Assembly: GCA_032718475.1 (NCBI GenBank)
Contig: JAUCBJ010000375.1
Coordinates: 1-64,000, forward strand
Length of the DNA stretch: 64,000 nt
Source of the DNA: Nemertoderma westbladi
Lineage: Eukaryota; Animalia; Xenacoelomorpha
Reading direction: 5' to 3'
This document shows positions 1 to 10,800 of the stretch, one piece after another. The notes under the pieces are model-generated. The model saw only the letters and a program-made list of their open reading frames with translations, did not search any database and was not told the DNA's origin. Both the position numbers and the translations under genes were made by a program. Numbering within the stretch: position 1 is the first letter of the stretch; every line of letters begins with the position of its first letter.

Positions 1-399
1 GACTCGCCAGGCCTCTCGCCACCGACGGAACGAGGTGAAGTCGACATCGCTATCGATTTTCTCGAGATCGCGGATATCGATAACGCGGCGTTGTGGTTGA
101 CGTGTCGGTGCGGGTTGTATCGGACCGGCCCCGCCGGGATTGGTCACACCCGCGCCCGATTGGAGTGCGCCCAACAGTTGCGCGATCTGCGCATTGGCCT
201 CGGCGCGCTCGCGTGCTGCACTGTCCTGCTGGTGTATCAGCATTTGAGTTAGTTTATCGAGGCGAGCGTCTGCGGCCGCCTCGCGTTGAGTGGCGTCAAC
301 GTCGCGTTTTGCCAACTCCTGACGCAAGTGGTTGAGAACGTCGATGGCGGGTTCAGTGTCGTCCGAGCCCTGTTCGGAGGGAGTTCTGTGGTCGGCCAT
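1..399 (-). CDS. gag: N-terminal part of an LTR-retrotransposon Gag-like ORF (runs off the left edge of the window)
   Basis: Hand translation from ATG at 399 on the minus strand is open to position 1: MADHRTPSEQGSDDTEPAIDVLNHLRQELAKRDVDATQREAAADARLDKLTQMLIHQQDSAARERAEANAQIAQLLGALQSG...RVIDIRDLEKIDSDVDFTSFRRWREAWRV. Coiled-coil-like N-terminus, Pro/Gly linker, then an FxxWxxxW motif typical of Ty3/Gypsy Gag. Lies about 105 nt downstream of a PBS-like site. Absent from the ORF track because it has no stop in the window. Confidence 0.75.
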   Translation of the reverse strand, partial: MADHRTPSEQGSDDTEPAIDVLNHLRQELAKRDVDATQREAAADARLDKLTQMLIHQQDSAARERAEANAQIAQLLGALQSGAGVTNPGGAGPIQPAPTRQPQRRVIDIRDLEKIDSDVDFTSFRRWREAWRV

Positions 400-505
400 C
401 AGTTCGCTTCTGCGTTACTCGGGGTTTGGGGTTATGCAGACAGGAGTACCGGTAGGTCCGTAGGTTTCGGATTGCGTGGTGGTTTCAGTTCACCAACACA
501 AACAC

Positions 506-515
506 AACTGCGCCA
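506..515 (-). promoter_or_regulatory. Primer-binding site of the LTR retrotransposon (tRNA-Ser-like)
   Basis: Minus strand reads ...ATACA|TGGCGCAGTT: TGG directly after a CA terminus. TGGCGCAG is complementary to a tRNA 3' end ...CTGCGCCA. The tRNA identity is recalled, not verified. Confidence 0.65.
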
Positions 516-827
516 TGTATGGAGGTCACGACTAACTGTGGAGCCGGAATAATGTCGGGCGTATAATATACAGGTAGTGACCACACAAGTACAAACAACA
601 ACAATGCTGTGCTGGGCCGTCTGTCTGGCAGTGCGCCCTATGACTGGAGACCTAACTGTACTGACCACTGGACAAGCTAACTGCTGTCTATCGGTCGGTG
701 GTATCCTGAGTCTGTGTCAGGGCGTAGTCCAAGAATACTGGTGAGTCATCCCTACAGTACCGCAGTCCCTGAGTATCTGCTGGCATATGGGGCGAGCCAT
801 GTAGTGTGGCGAGTTTGTATCACTACA
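516..827 (-). mobile_element. 5' LTR of a Ty3/Gypsy-like element (outer boundary uncertain: 827, or alternatively ~756)
   Basis: Inner end fixed by CA|PBS at 516/515. The terminal inverted tetramer TGTA...TACA is satisfied by TACA ending at 827 (or at ~756). The second LTR is outside the window. Confidence 0.5.
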
Positions 828-893
828 ACGACCACTTCCCTAATCCAACCCACATCTAGGGACTCCCCAACTTAATATCGTTCGGAGTGGGCG

Positions 894-1223
894 TGTGACC
901 ATATTGCTTTATATTTGTATTTGTTTTATTTTTATATTTATGTATGTATTATTATGTAATTTTATTTTAATCGTTTTATTTAATTTTATTTAGTAGTATG
1001 GTATTTTAGAGATTATTTAGTAGATTAGTGCAATATATATTCGCGTTTATTATTTAATTACGTATATTATATATTTAGTGCGACGGCGAGAAATAATTCT
1101 TTTTTCTCTTTCCTTACTGCCCGTATTACATTATCAATACGTGACTACAGTAAGATGAAATCTTCGTACTTATTAAAGTACAATAAAGCCACTACTATAT
1201 TCAAGTATTATTGGTAGGCAGAG
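894..1223 (+). mobile_element. Putative second, AT-rich LTR followed by a tRNA-iMet-like PBS
   Basis: Starts TGTGACC at 894 after purine-rich GGAGTGGGCG. AATAAA at 1182-1187. Followed by TGGTAGGCAGAG (1212-1223), one base off the iMet PBS TGGTAGCAGAG. No partner LTR seen in the window. Confidence 0.35.
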
Positions 1224-1430
1224 TATTAGGAATGCAAAGTTCAGATCCTCGTGTCTCGGCTAAACCAAGCTCTGGGTAGACCTTGGAAACGACTTGCCTC
1301 TTCACACTGACATTGCTTCGTGCGATATTGCTCTCATACCGTATATTAAATAATACATATAGTAGCGTGATGTCCCTTTAACAGTAGCGTATAACGCAAA
1401 ATAAATCTGTTAAACCCTTTGACCATCTGT

Positions 1431-1710
1431 AATTCTAGTCGATTAAGATATCGCAGCACCCACCGATATACTTGAAAGATAAATTTCTAGAATCAATGGT
1501 TAACGTCCCCAGACAAGTTCTGGAATAAACTGGTGCCCATCATAAATATTAATTATTAATATTTACAAAATTCTGTCAAATATCAGATCCTTTAAAATTC
1601 TAGTCGATTAAGATATCGTAGCACTTACCGATACTCTTAAAAGGACAAAATTCCTAGAATTAAGGATCCTATGTCCCCAGACCTGCTCTGGAATCAAATT
1701 GTGTCTATTT
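1431..1710 (+). repeat. Diverged direct repeat, 2 copies of ~110 bp with 165-bp period
   Basis: AATTCTAGTCGATTAAGATATCG...GTCCCCAGAC...TCTGGAAT begins at both 1431 and 1596. Confidence 0.85.
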
Positions 1711-2528
1711 AACATTAAATAATAAAATTTCCGGGAATAAATTTAAATTCATATATTTCAATGAATTAATAAATTGTCATTTTATACAATTTATAATATT
1801 CCCAAAATTCCATTAATCAATAGATCATGGGAGCGGAGATTCACTCTATTAAGTGTATTTGTGTGCGAGAATCTCCAATGTATAGTCAATAGCCAATAAA
1901 ATTCATAAAATCATGTATAAAAGGGATATTGACCATTAAAGAATTACTATTAAATAGCATCCCAGATCTGTATGCATGAGAATTACCCTAATTCTACCGC
2001 TAGCTTTCCATAATGTCACCATGGCAACAACCACGCTAGAATTAGAAGTGAGTTAAAAGAACAATAGAAAGCATGCGCATTGAATAGCATACGGAATAAA
2101 TAACACACCGCTAGTATCCAAGAATACATAATAACAACGTGACATTCTGGAAGGCACTTGACTAACGGACAAATGACCCGAATGTGTGATAGAATGTGTA
2201 CCATTTGTGACTGTTACGTGGAATTTGTGCGTTTGTAGGAGAATGTTACTACTAAGGTGTGTTTACAGTAGCGAGTCGCAATTGTGAAAGTAACCCTAAC
2301 TCTCCAGTAAGAACCTGAAGTATATCTAAGCCTTTGGGACGGACGGTGGAGTGGCTCGTGCTGGTTGTTGTAGTCGTTGTGCAGCTACGACGTTGGCGAT
2401 AGGCACATCGGCGAAAGTACACCAGCGCTGAGGATCTCGCACTGTCCGGGGGCAGAGAGGGGTAGGCAGCGACGCCCGCTCGCCTAAATATAAACTCATT
2501 ATAATATGGATAAATTTATATAGCAGAT

Positions 2529-3659
2529 ATGATTGAGTTGATAGAAGATGATCTTGGTATCAGGGAGAGATATACTCTACCTTTACAAGCGTTTGTTGAT
2601 AGCTTGATACACGGCGACGCTGGTCCAACTGCTGCGGAGGACGATGATCGTTATATCAAACCGCCAATGTCCCAAGAGCAGCTCACGCGTGAGTTGGACT
2701 ATAAGAAATTCACCGCTCGCTATACGCATCGTAATGGTACGTATGTGGACTTCTTAACTACTGGTCATCCTATCGATTTACACGATACGGACAATGTCGA
2801 CACCAAAAGGGAAATGGTACGATTGAAATATCCTACCCAGCGGAGGCGGAACGATAAACCGAGAATGGAACACGAGAATTCTATTCGAAACAGACTCGAA
2901 AGAGAAGACGTTGAGGAGTCGGATAAACGCAGCGACTTCAACGATTATCTGGAATTCCTGATAGAAAAAAAACTCAATATTGCCAGTCAACAAAATCTAG
3001 AAGCTCGATATCCTCAAGGTATACATCATGACCGCATGGTAGAACTCAAACGGCTCTATTCCCCTATGATGTATCTTACCGCCGATCGACCGCTACCTGT
3101 TGTACCGAATAGCTTCGAACGGATGGAGGAATATTGTAAGCTGGAGAAAGATCACTCGCGTTTCCCCTACAAGACGTACGTTTTTGGGTATTATTGCGAT
3201 GAATGCCCAAGACCCAACCAACAAACGGAAAGACATAAACATCCGCGGAGACGTTGCTTTAAACACGGTTTTACTCGCTATACTTACGGGAGTTTCGAGC
3301 GAAACTTGTTCAATGTATCACCTACGCTCGTTCGACTCAGACGATCCTTAAATAAACCAATGATCAGAGTTTCGGAATACTCGATCAGAGCTCCTCATTC
3401 CCTAGTGAGACCTCAGACTCTTGATCCTATTAGTATAACGGATCCTCCCGAGCTGTACTCACTGCTCAAAGATCTAGTGTTACCTGAACGATTAGTCGGT
3501 GGCACCCCAGTTGTGGGCTTCTTAGATATTAGCCCATCCTACCTAACCGGATTGGGACGCGGACATTTAATGTCGCCGTTTAACCCTTACCATCGTCCCG
3601 GCTTGACACGATATAACCTGTCACCAGAGTGGCGGAGAACGTTGCACCAAACGAGTTAA
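2529..3659 (+). CDS. Orphan 376-aa ORF, probably the largest intact piece of a disrupted ~500-aa gene (2506-4053) of mobile-element or viral origin
   Basis: Long, intronless, CpG-richer ORF in an AT-rich context with a CxxC...HxH...CxxH cluster. No family recognised. Confidence 0.55.
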   Translation: MIELIEDDLGIRERYTLPLQAFVDSLIHGDAGPTAAEDDDRYIKPPMSQEQLTRELDYKKFTARYTHRNGTYVDFLTTGHPIDLHDTDNVDTKREMVRLKYPTQRRRNDKPRMEHENSIRNRLEREDVEESDKRSDFNDYLEFLIEKKLNIASQQNLEARYPQGIHHDRMVELKRLYSPMMYLTADRPLPVVPNSFERMEEYCKLEKDHSRFPYKTYVFGYYCDECPRPNQQTERHKHPRRRCFKHGFTRYTYGSFERNLFNVSPTLVRLRRSLNKPMIRVSEYSIRAPHSLVRPQTLDPISITDPPELYSLLKDLVLPERLVGGTPVVGFLDISPSYLTGLGRGHLMSPFNPYHRPGLTRYNLSPEWRRTLHQTS

Positions 3660-4053
3660 ACGCTATTCTACAAAGATCAGAAAGGAAACCTGCGTTTGTT
3701 CAGATAAACGTAAGTTGTAACAGCAAGTCCAAGCGATAAACGAATTGTCTTTATCTCAGTTCGATTGTGAAATCCAGAATCTCTAAGAAGATATCGAACT
3801 TAGACAACCCCATTCTCTGCGAGAGTTTTTGGATGAACGTATCCAGCTACGAGCGGAGGAAAATCAGCTCGAGGAGAAGCATATCGAAACGGCGGATACC
3901 CCGACCATAATCCTACACCTTCTGATGCAATCATATTGCACCCTTCACCCAGGATTTATAGCCCTCCTAGTAAAGTGGCTCCCCCCAAAGAGAAAAGGAC
4001 TCTTGCTAGCCTCAAAAAAACTGCGTAAACGCCGTCTGCGTAAGAAAGACTAA
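3607..4053 (+). pseudogene. Frameshifted continuation of the orphan ORF with two in-frame TAA stops
   Basis: Frame 1 reads HDITCHQSGGERCTKRVKRYSTKIRKETCVCSDKRKL*QQVQAINELSLSQFDCEIQNL*EDIELRQPHSLREFLDERIQLRAEENQLEEK...PPKRKGLLLASKKLRKRRLRKKD. Stops at 3718-3720 and 3784-3786. Same frame as the 3829-4053 track ORF. Confidence 0.45.
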
Positions 4054-5925
4054 CTGTTTAGAGTATTTTTGTATTTTAGAAACTGTGATTTGTTATATTT
4101 TATAGACTTAAATCCCATTTTCTGGGAGCGGTGTAAAAGCTTTTGCGTCATTAACCGGTTATTTTCCTGTAGTTGGTTTGCCAGGCATAAAAAGGCCGTG
4201 TCCTTGCTGTACTGGTGTTTTAGAGGACATAAAAGTCATTTCTTATGTATTTGTACTGTATTTGTACTTTAGAGGACATAATCCGCAATCTCGTGACGCG
4301 ATAAGCTAGATACTCTTGAAAACAGTGTCGCTACCATGATGACGGCTAACAGCTGATATTGCCACGTCGACGTTTCTTTGTTTCTTTGTTCTCTCGTTGT
4401 TCGGTTGACCAATCAGAGCGTTTGTTGTCTCTGTGTTGGAGGTGTATACAGAAACTCAGTAGTTCGGTGTTATGTTTTTGCCCAGAGCCTAAGAACCGGC
4501 TTTTGGCACCTCCGTGTTTTCAGTTTTTAGCTTTACATTAGTAGGCTTAATTATAGAACGTATATCTGTTATCAAACGAAACACGAGCTATTCACTCATT
4601 TACTATCCATAAATTATTAATATTACTGCCTTTGCTGTTGGTTATTCGTTATATTTGTTGATGAAATATTATATCGGAATACTGATCAATAGTCAGATAC
4701 CCCACCTTCTTGATATACTAAAGGTTAGAGAGACCGGTTACAGATAAACGATTGCGACCTATGTATGTTGAGTGGTTTAAAGTGAATCTAATGCTATTTC
4801 ATATGCCCAACATAAATTGTCTGTTGCTCTCTTTATACGTGACTAAATTTAGTGAAGGTCGGCAGATTAGTGTGCAGTATTGTGCAGCATTGTGTATGAG
4901 TGTAACTGATAACAAAGCATCTCCTAAAGAATGCGCCATATACGTGAATCTATAGCCTTTTCGTTGTGTCTGGTTTAAGTCATAACTCTGTTTACATATT
5001 TAGAGCGCCACGTCATAAAGGAACTGTTAATATTTCCCGAAAGTGAATAATATTTGTCAGAGATTATATATTACGATCAGTCGAATAATACAGTAGGCTT
5101 ACACCATCAATCATTAAGCCCCGAACTCAGTCTCCCGGGTATATCCAACGGGTGAATGATTGCGCATAGACTGGCTTCGGCTAATGTAGTGTATCAAATA
5201 CTCGTCATAGGCTAAAGACTATCTATCATCCAAAGACATTCTAATTTTGGCAGGTTAAACTGTCAAAGGTCTTCAAAAGCGCAAACATCCTCCCAATTAA
5301 AACCGGATAGAGTGGCAACCATTAAAAGACTGTAAGGCGGCGGAGTTTTATCAGCTGAAAGACCTCTATGTATTAGTGCTCGAATTAATTTATAACGATT
5401 TATTATTTATTTATAATTACTATTTATAATTTATTATGGAGGACTAGAGATACCAATATAATATGGCGTGATGGCATGTTATTAGAGTACATAAGCTATG
5501 TAGCACGCTATGTGGTAGTGGCGAGTAGAGTGTGGTAGTGGACTGTATTATATTGCACCGCATGGGGGGGATTTAAAGTTAATTATTTCCTATTAAACTC
5601 ACACTATGCGGTGGTAGTTGTTAAGTGATAGATGAACACCTGTCAGTCAATGTCTTATGATATTAATCTTGCACTGACATTATTATATTATGTGATTATT
5701 ATAATACTGAGCAAAACATTATACTATTTTGGCCTCTCTATAATTCTTATTTATTATCTATCAACTCCCACCATCTATATCGTGCGAGTCATTTCCTCGA
5801 CTGTGATATCCTGTGGTCGCCTTACACAGGACTGGTGGTGGGAATAGGAAACAAAGGTAGAGGATACGACCGTATTTCTATCTTCGAAAGCCAAGGTGAT
5901 CGGCTGACAAAGACAAAGCGAACAG

Positions 5926-6240
5926 CCCAGAAAGACCATATTCTGTATCGCAAGAGATATATGAGCTCTGTACAAGATAAGCTAAGTCCGCTTAGCCCCT
6001 TCTCCAGCGATTATCGTTTTATTGTGGCCGAGGTAAGACTTAGTCTATGCAAACAGCATGATTGGTCCTCGCTGTTTCAATAGCTGAGATCCACACTACA
6101 GCTGAGAAACAGTTATGAGGTTCTTGCATCGTAGGTGGCGGCAGATTACTGCGGGGGATATACTGCCTTCACAGAGTTAGTTAAGTTAGCAGCTGCAGAA
6201 ACAGTTCCGTTATACCCTCGAACAGAAAAAACACCCTGGG
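5926..6240 (+). mobile_element. Degenerate LINE fragment (end of endonuclease domain and linker), same family as the element at 15-16.7 kb
   Basis: Direct nucleotide similarity to 16373-16722 (GACCATAT, CCCTTCTCCAG, TTATTGTGGCC.AGGTAAGACTTAGTCT, GTTAAGTTAGCAGCTGCAGAAACAGTTCC, TACCCTCGAA) with several small deletions and stops. Confidence 0.9.
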
Positions 6241-6399
6241 CCAGGACTGACTGCTTTTACTATTTCGAGGAAAATACGGATTAAAAAGAAGTGAAAAATA
6301 CTGTATTTTTGTAAAATAATTATTTATTAGTTTAATATTATTAATATTACTATTATTGTTATTAACTACTTAACATTTTCAGGTATTTTCAAAAAATAC

Positions 6400-6507
6400 C
6401 CATTGGCCACGACTTACACTTCAATATAGAACAGTGACGGGCAGTGCCGTATGCCAGACAAGTATCAACAAGCCCAGCCCGCCTGACGTGCGTGCGCAAA
6501 GGGTTAA
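6400..6507. mobile_element. Possible single terminus of a piggyBac-like element
   Basis: GC-rich stretch ends ...GCGTGCGCAAAGGG|TTAA (reverse complement TTAA|CCCTTT), the canonical piggyBac end plus target. No matching opposite end found. Confidence 0.35.
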
Positions 6508-7195
6508 AGTAAAGGCTTGTACTAAGGGAAAGCTCATGTGTGCATTGGGTAGAATAGCTAACCATTGTGATCGAAATAGTAACTTACAGAATAATATAAT
6601 TAATTTATAGCAATAAGCTGTAATTAAATTCAAGGGAATAAAATGAACACTGACCAGCCGCACTTAGTTACTATATCTCGGTAACTACAGGTAGAAGTAG
6701 AACACAATTTTTAATTATATAAAAAAGGCCCCACATATTACTAAGGTAACTGATGAAAAAATATTCAATTCCACTGCACGGAATTTAATAAATTCTACTC
6801 AATTTAAATACCGGTAATATAATAGGGATTGCTGTATTGATTTTAGGTGTAATTTATTATTTGAGTTAATAATAAAACACCCTAATAGTTTATTATGTAA
6901 CGAGTCAATAATTTGTGAATATGGGTTTTTTAGGTCAAAGAATCTGATGTGCTGGGTTTAATTCTCTCGTTTAGTTGAGAATTGGTGATAAAAAGCTTCC
7001 TTTATTGTACCAGCAAAGTGATAATAAAAGTGATTTAATGGTTGGATATATTTCCGTTACTCTGGAAACTTAATATCATCAGATTTTTTGTATCATTGTT
7101 TTTTTCACTGTCGATTCTTGCATTTTTTGATCAGATGTTTTATACTGATAAAAACAGGAACATTCTTAAAATTTTTAAAATTTCCTAGTCTAATA

Positions 7196-7474
7196 TAGGG
7201 ATGTGAGTTTTCCGGAACTATGTTTTTTAAGGAAAATTCCGAAAATTTCCGGAAAAGTATTTTTCATCCGTAGTTACGACCACAAGAGCCAAGACAACGA
7301 ACCACCTAAACACATCTAAGCAGGAATCCCTTATTTTAGTGTTTATTCTACTTGTGTTATACTATTTGTTTTCAGAATGTGCTTAATAAAATAATTAATA
7401 AAATAGGAAATTTCCGGAAAAATGTATAGGAAATTTCCGGAAATTTCCCTAACATTTCCTGACTCACATCCCTA
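7196..7474. mobile_element. 279-bp non-autonomous TIR element (MITE), hAT-like termini
   Basis: Perfect 13-bp TIR TAGGGATGTGAGT / ACTCACATCCCTA. CTAATA directly duplicated on both flanks (7190-7195, 7475-7480). Several subterminal TTTCCGGAAA palindromes at both ends. Confidence 0.88.
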
Positions 7475-7848
7475 CTAATATATTAACATTCAGGTTTCTT
7501 TGAAAGGTATTTGCGATAAATTGTTTGAAAAGTTAGGGTAATGAAATCTCGAGAAAATGTTTCTTTCAGTATAGTATAGTCTGTGAGAAGTGCTCGGCTC
7601 CGCAAGTGCAAACCCCAGTAGAGTCCAGATTCCCCACCACTTACCCGGCCCCAGGCCATCCACCACTCTAAATCCGGCCCTCCTGGTTACTTTTGTCACT
7701 TATTCATTCACCACAAAAAGATATTGCATTGGTGCCCAGCTTTCATAGATAAATGTTCCAGAATATTTCATAAAATAATTAGGTAATTAAAATGTTATTT
7801 TTCAAATGATAACAATAATATTGGTCTGGTTCCTTTTTGCCGAAATAA

Positions 7849-10800
7849 TGATGGCGAAGGCAAATTCGGGTAATGGCTGGCATCCAACGGTTTTAAGCTA
7901 AATCGAGTTAGCTGATTCCGAATCCGTCTGATGCCAAGATCCATTGTGAATTTTTGGGTCCCGTTTCACCATGGCAACAGGAGGTCAATTGAAAAATACC
8001 ACTTTCTATTGATCTACAGAATTCTAACCTTGACCGACCCCCCCTAAACCGGCATCAGAGAATCCATTGAGGTACATTTTAGATCCCAGTTACCATGGCA
8101 ACTGTTCGAAATACGTCTTCAAATGTCGTTTTTACTGCAAACGAATTTTTGTAAATTTCAATGGTTTTCTAAACCATTGCCAAATACGTGTTCCCCTTGG
8201 GCTAAAATCATGAAACATTCCAAATATATTGTCAATAAGACCCTCTATATTTTTAATGGTGGTGCCATAAAAATGGATTAGTAGTTGCCATATGTATCCA
8301 TGGAAACTAGCAAAAAATATCCTTGTGCAATGTTTCATCACTTTACATATAGTTACTATCAGTTTAAAAAGAAATCCATTTGGTCTTTTCTTATTACCAT
8401 AGCAACGGGAAACATTTTGTAATATGTAGAATATCCGTCAGAAACATGTGATATGTATTTCAGATGCATTTCAATATGTTATATAGTCAACATTCATGAT
8501 CACAAGCGAAGTCATTATTCTATTGTTACCATAGCAACGGGCATATTTTATTATTTAAGTATTTCCATTATCGTTTTGGTATTTCATTCGCCTTATAGGT
8601 TAATAATTGAAGGATTTTGGATAATTAAAAGTATATGGGGTCTTCTGTAGTTATTCTATTTGACAAAGTTATGTTTTATTGTCATAGCAACGGGAGTTTT
8701 CCTCATAATACGGGAATAACTGTTGGGTTTCCCAAAATTTTTTAAATTGTGCAGTTCAGTCAATTTTAAAATATGGGTCGTTACCAAATCACTAAAATTT
8801 ATTTTAATTTACTTTATGTTCTTAGCAACGAAAGTTTACCATAGCAACCGGGGGTTTTTAATAAGAACATTGGGTTTTTCATAGCATATTAACATGTTTT
8901 TTGCATAGATTTTATATATGAGAAGCAAGTTATCTGTAGTGAAGGTATGTTTTTAATAACAATGATAATTTTTGCATAGCAACGGCAACTTTAGCTTATC
9001 AACGACGTGTTTTCATTGTTACCGTGGTCTTTTCACAACAATAAAGACATTTTTATACAATACATAAATGGTGAGTTTTACAGTGGCAATTGACTATGTT
9101 ATGTTTTTTCCGTAGCAACGGTAAGTTTATCCTTAGCAACGGCGACGATTGTATAGTAATGACGAGTTTACCTTAGCAACGGATTGTTTTTACATGGTAA
9201 CAACTAGTTTTCAAGGAATCCCAAGAATTAACACCACCTTGTGATGAGTTTTCTATAGCAACAATCAGCTAGATTTTTTGCAATCTTATTTATACTGCTT
9301 ATGCTATGCAGTGCTCTGTTTTCGCAAGGTATTGATGAAACAATGCATTTGCAGGCATCTGTGCATGAAATTCCAAGATTTTGTAGCAGATGATGGTTTT
9401 TCAGAAAAACTTTCCAAGCTGTCTTCTTGCTATGTCCCAACAGTTGTGATACACTATCACATCATGTGATAGTGTGGAATTCCAGCAATGTGTTTATGAT
9501 ATCACTAGATAATCTTTCATGAATTTTGTGCACTGGAATATAACGTGGCTTCTTTGAAGTCCCTGACTTCAGCCATAAATAGGCACATTTCATTTTACTG
9601 TAGTGGGCTATGAGTAACGCAAGAACATCTGTATCTCTAGACAATACCACTATAGAATCTGCATCAATGTTCAGGCAGTGCAATACTATACGAGTGTCTG
9701 CCTCTTCATGATTTCCTTGTAGTGCAGATACAACTAAATCTCTATCTGATTATCTTGTGATAGTGATATCTCGAAGTTTTTACCATGTAAAAACAATCCG
9801 TTCCTAAGGTAAACTCTTCATTACTATACAATCGTCGCCGTTGCTAAGGATAAACTTATCGTTGCTTTGGAAAAAACGTAAACATAGTTGATTGCCACTG
9901 TAAAACTCACAATTTATGTACTGTATAAAATATGTCTTTGTTGTGAAAAGACCGCTGTTACAATGAAAACACGTCGTTGCTAAGCTAAAGTAGCTATTGC
10001 TCTGCAAAAATTATCATTGTTATTCAAAACATGCCTTCACTACAGATAACTTGCTTCTCTTATATAAAACCTATGCAAAAAACATGTTAATGCTATGAAA
10101 AACCCAATGTTCTTATGAAAAACCCTCGGTTGATATGTTAAACTTTTGTTGCTAAGAGCATAAAGTAAATTTAAATAAATTTTAGTGATTTGGTACACGT
10201 CCCACATTTTAAAATTTGACTGAACTGCACATTTTAATAAATTTTGGGAAACCCAACAGATATTCCCCGTATTAGGAGGAAAACTCCCGTTGCCATTACC
10301 ATAAAACATAACTTTGACAAATAGAATAACTATAGAAGAACCCATATAATTTTAATTATTAAAAATACTTAAATTATTAACCTCTAAGGCGAATAAAATA
10401 CTAAAACTATTTTGGAAATACATAAATAATAAAATATGCCCGTTGCGTTGCTATGGTAACAATAGAATAATGACTTCGCTTGTGATCATGAATGTTGACT
10501 ATATAACATATTGAGATGCATCTGAAATACGTGACATGTTTCTGACGGATATTCGACATATTACAAAATGTTTCCCGTTGCTATGGTAATAAGAAAATAC
10601 CTGATGCGTCGGTAAATAATTGTCTTGGGTTATGAACATGTAAGGTAATTGACCTTAAATGGATTTCTTTTAGAATTCTGTAGAGCCAATAGAAAGTAGT
10701 GTTTTGCAAATGACCTCCTGTTGCCATGGTGAAATGGGACCCAAAAATTCACAATGGATCTTGGCATCAGACGGATTCGGAATCAACACACTCGATTTAG

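Noticed and set aside
93-668. Track ORFs 93-335, 286-552 and 432-668
   Set aside because: Antisense shadows of the gag frame or LTR sequence, with non-ATG starts and no motifs.
4640-5400. Possible decayed coding sequence
   Set aside because: No long frame in the ORF track and no recognisable motif in the parts translated by hand.
7640-7682. TAAATCCGGCCCT as a Harbinger-type MITE end
   Set aside because: No matching opposite terminus or TSD found.
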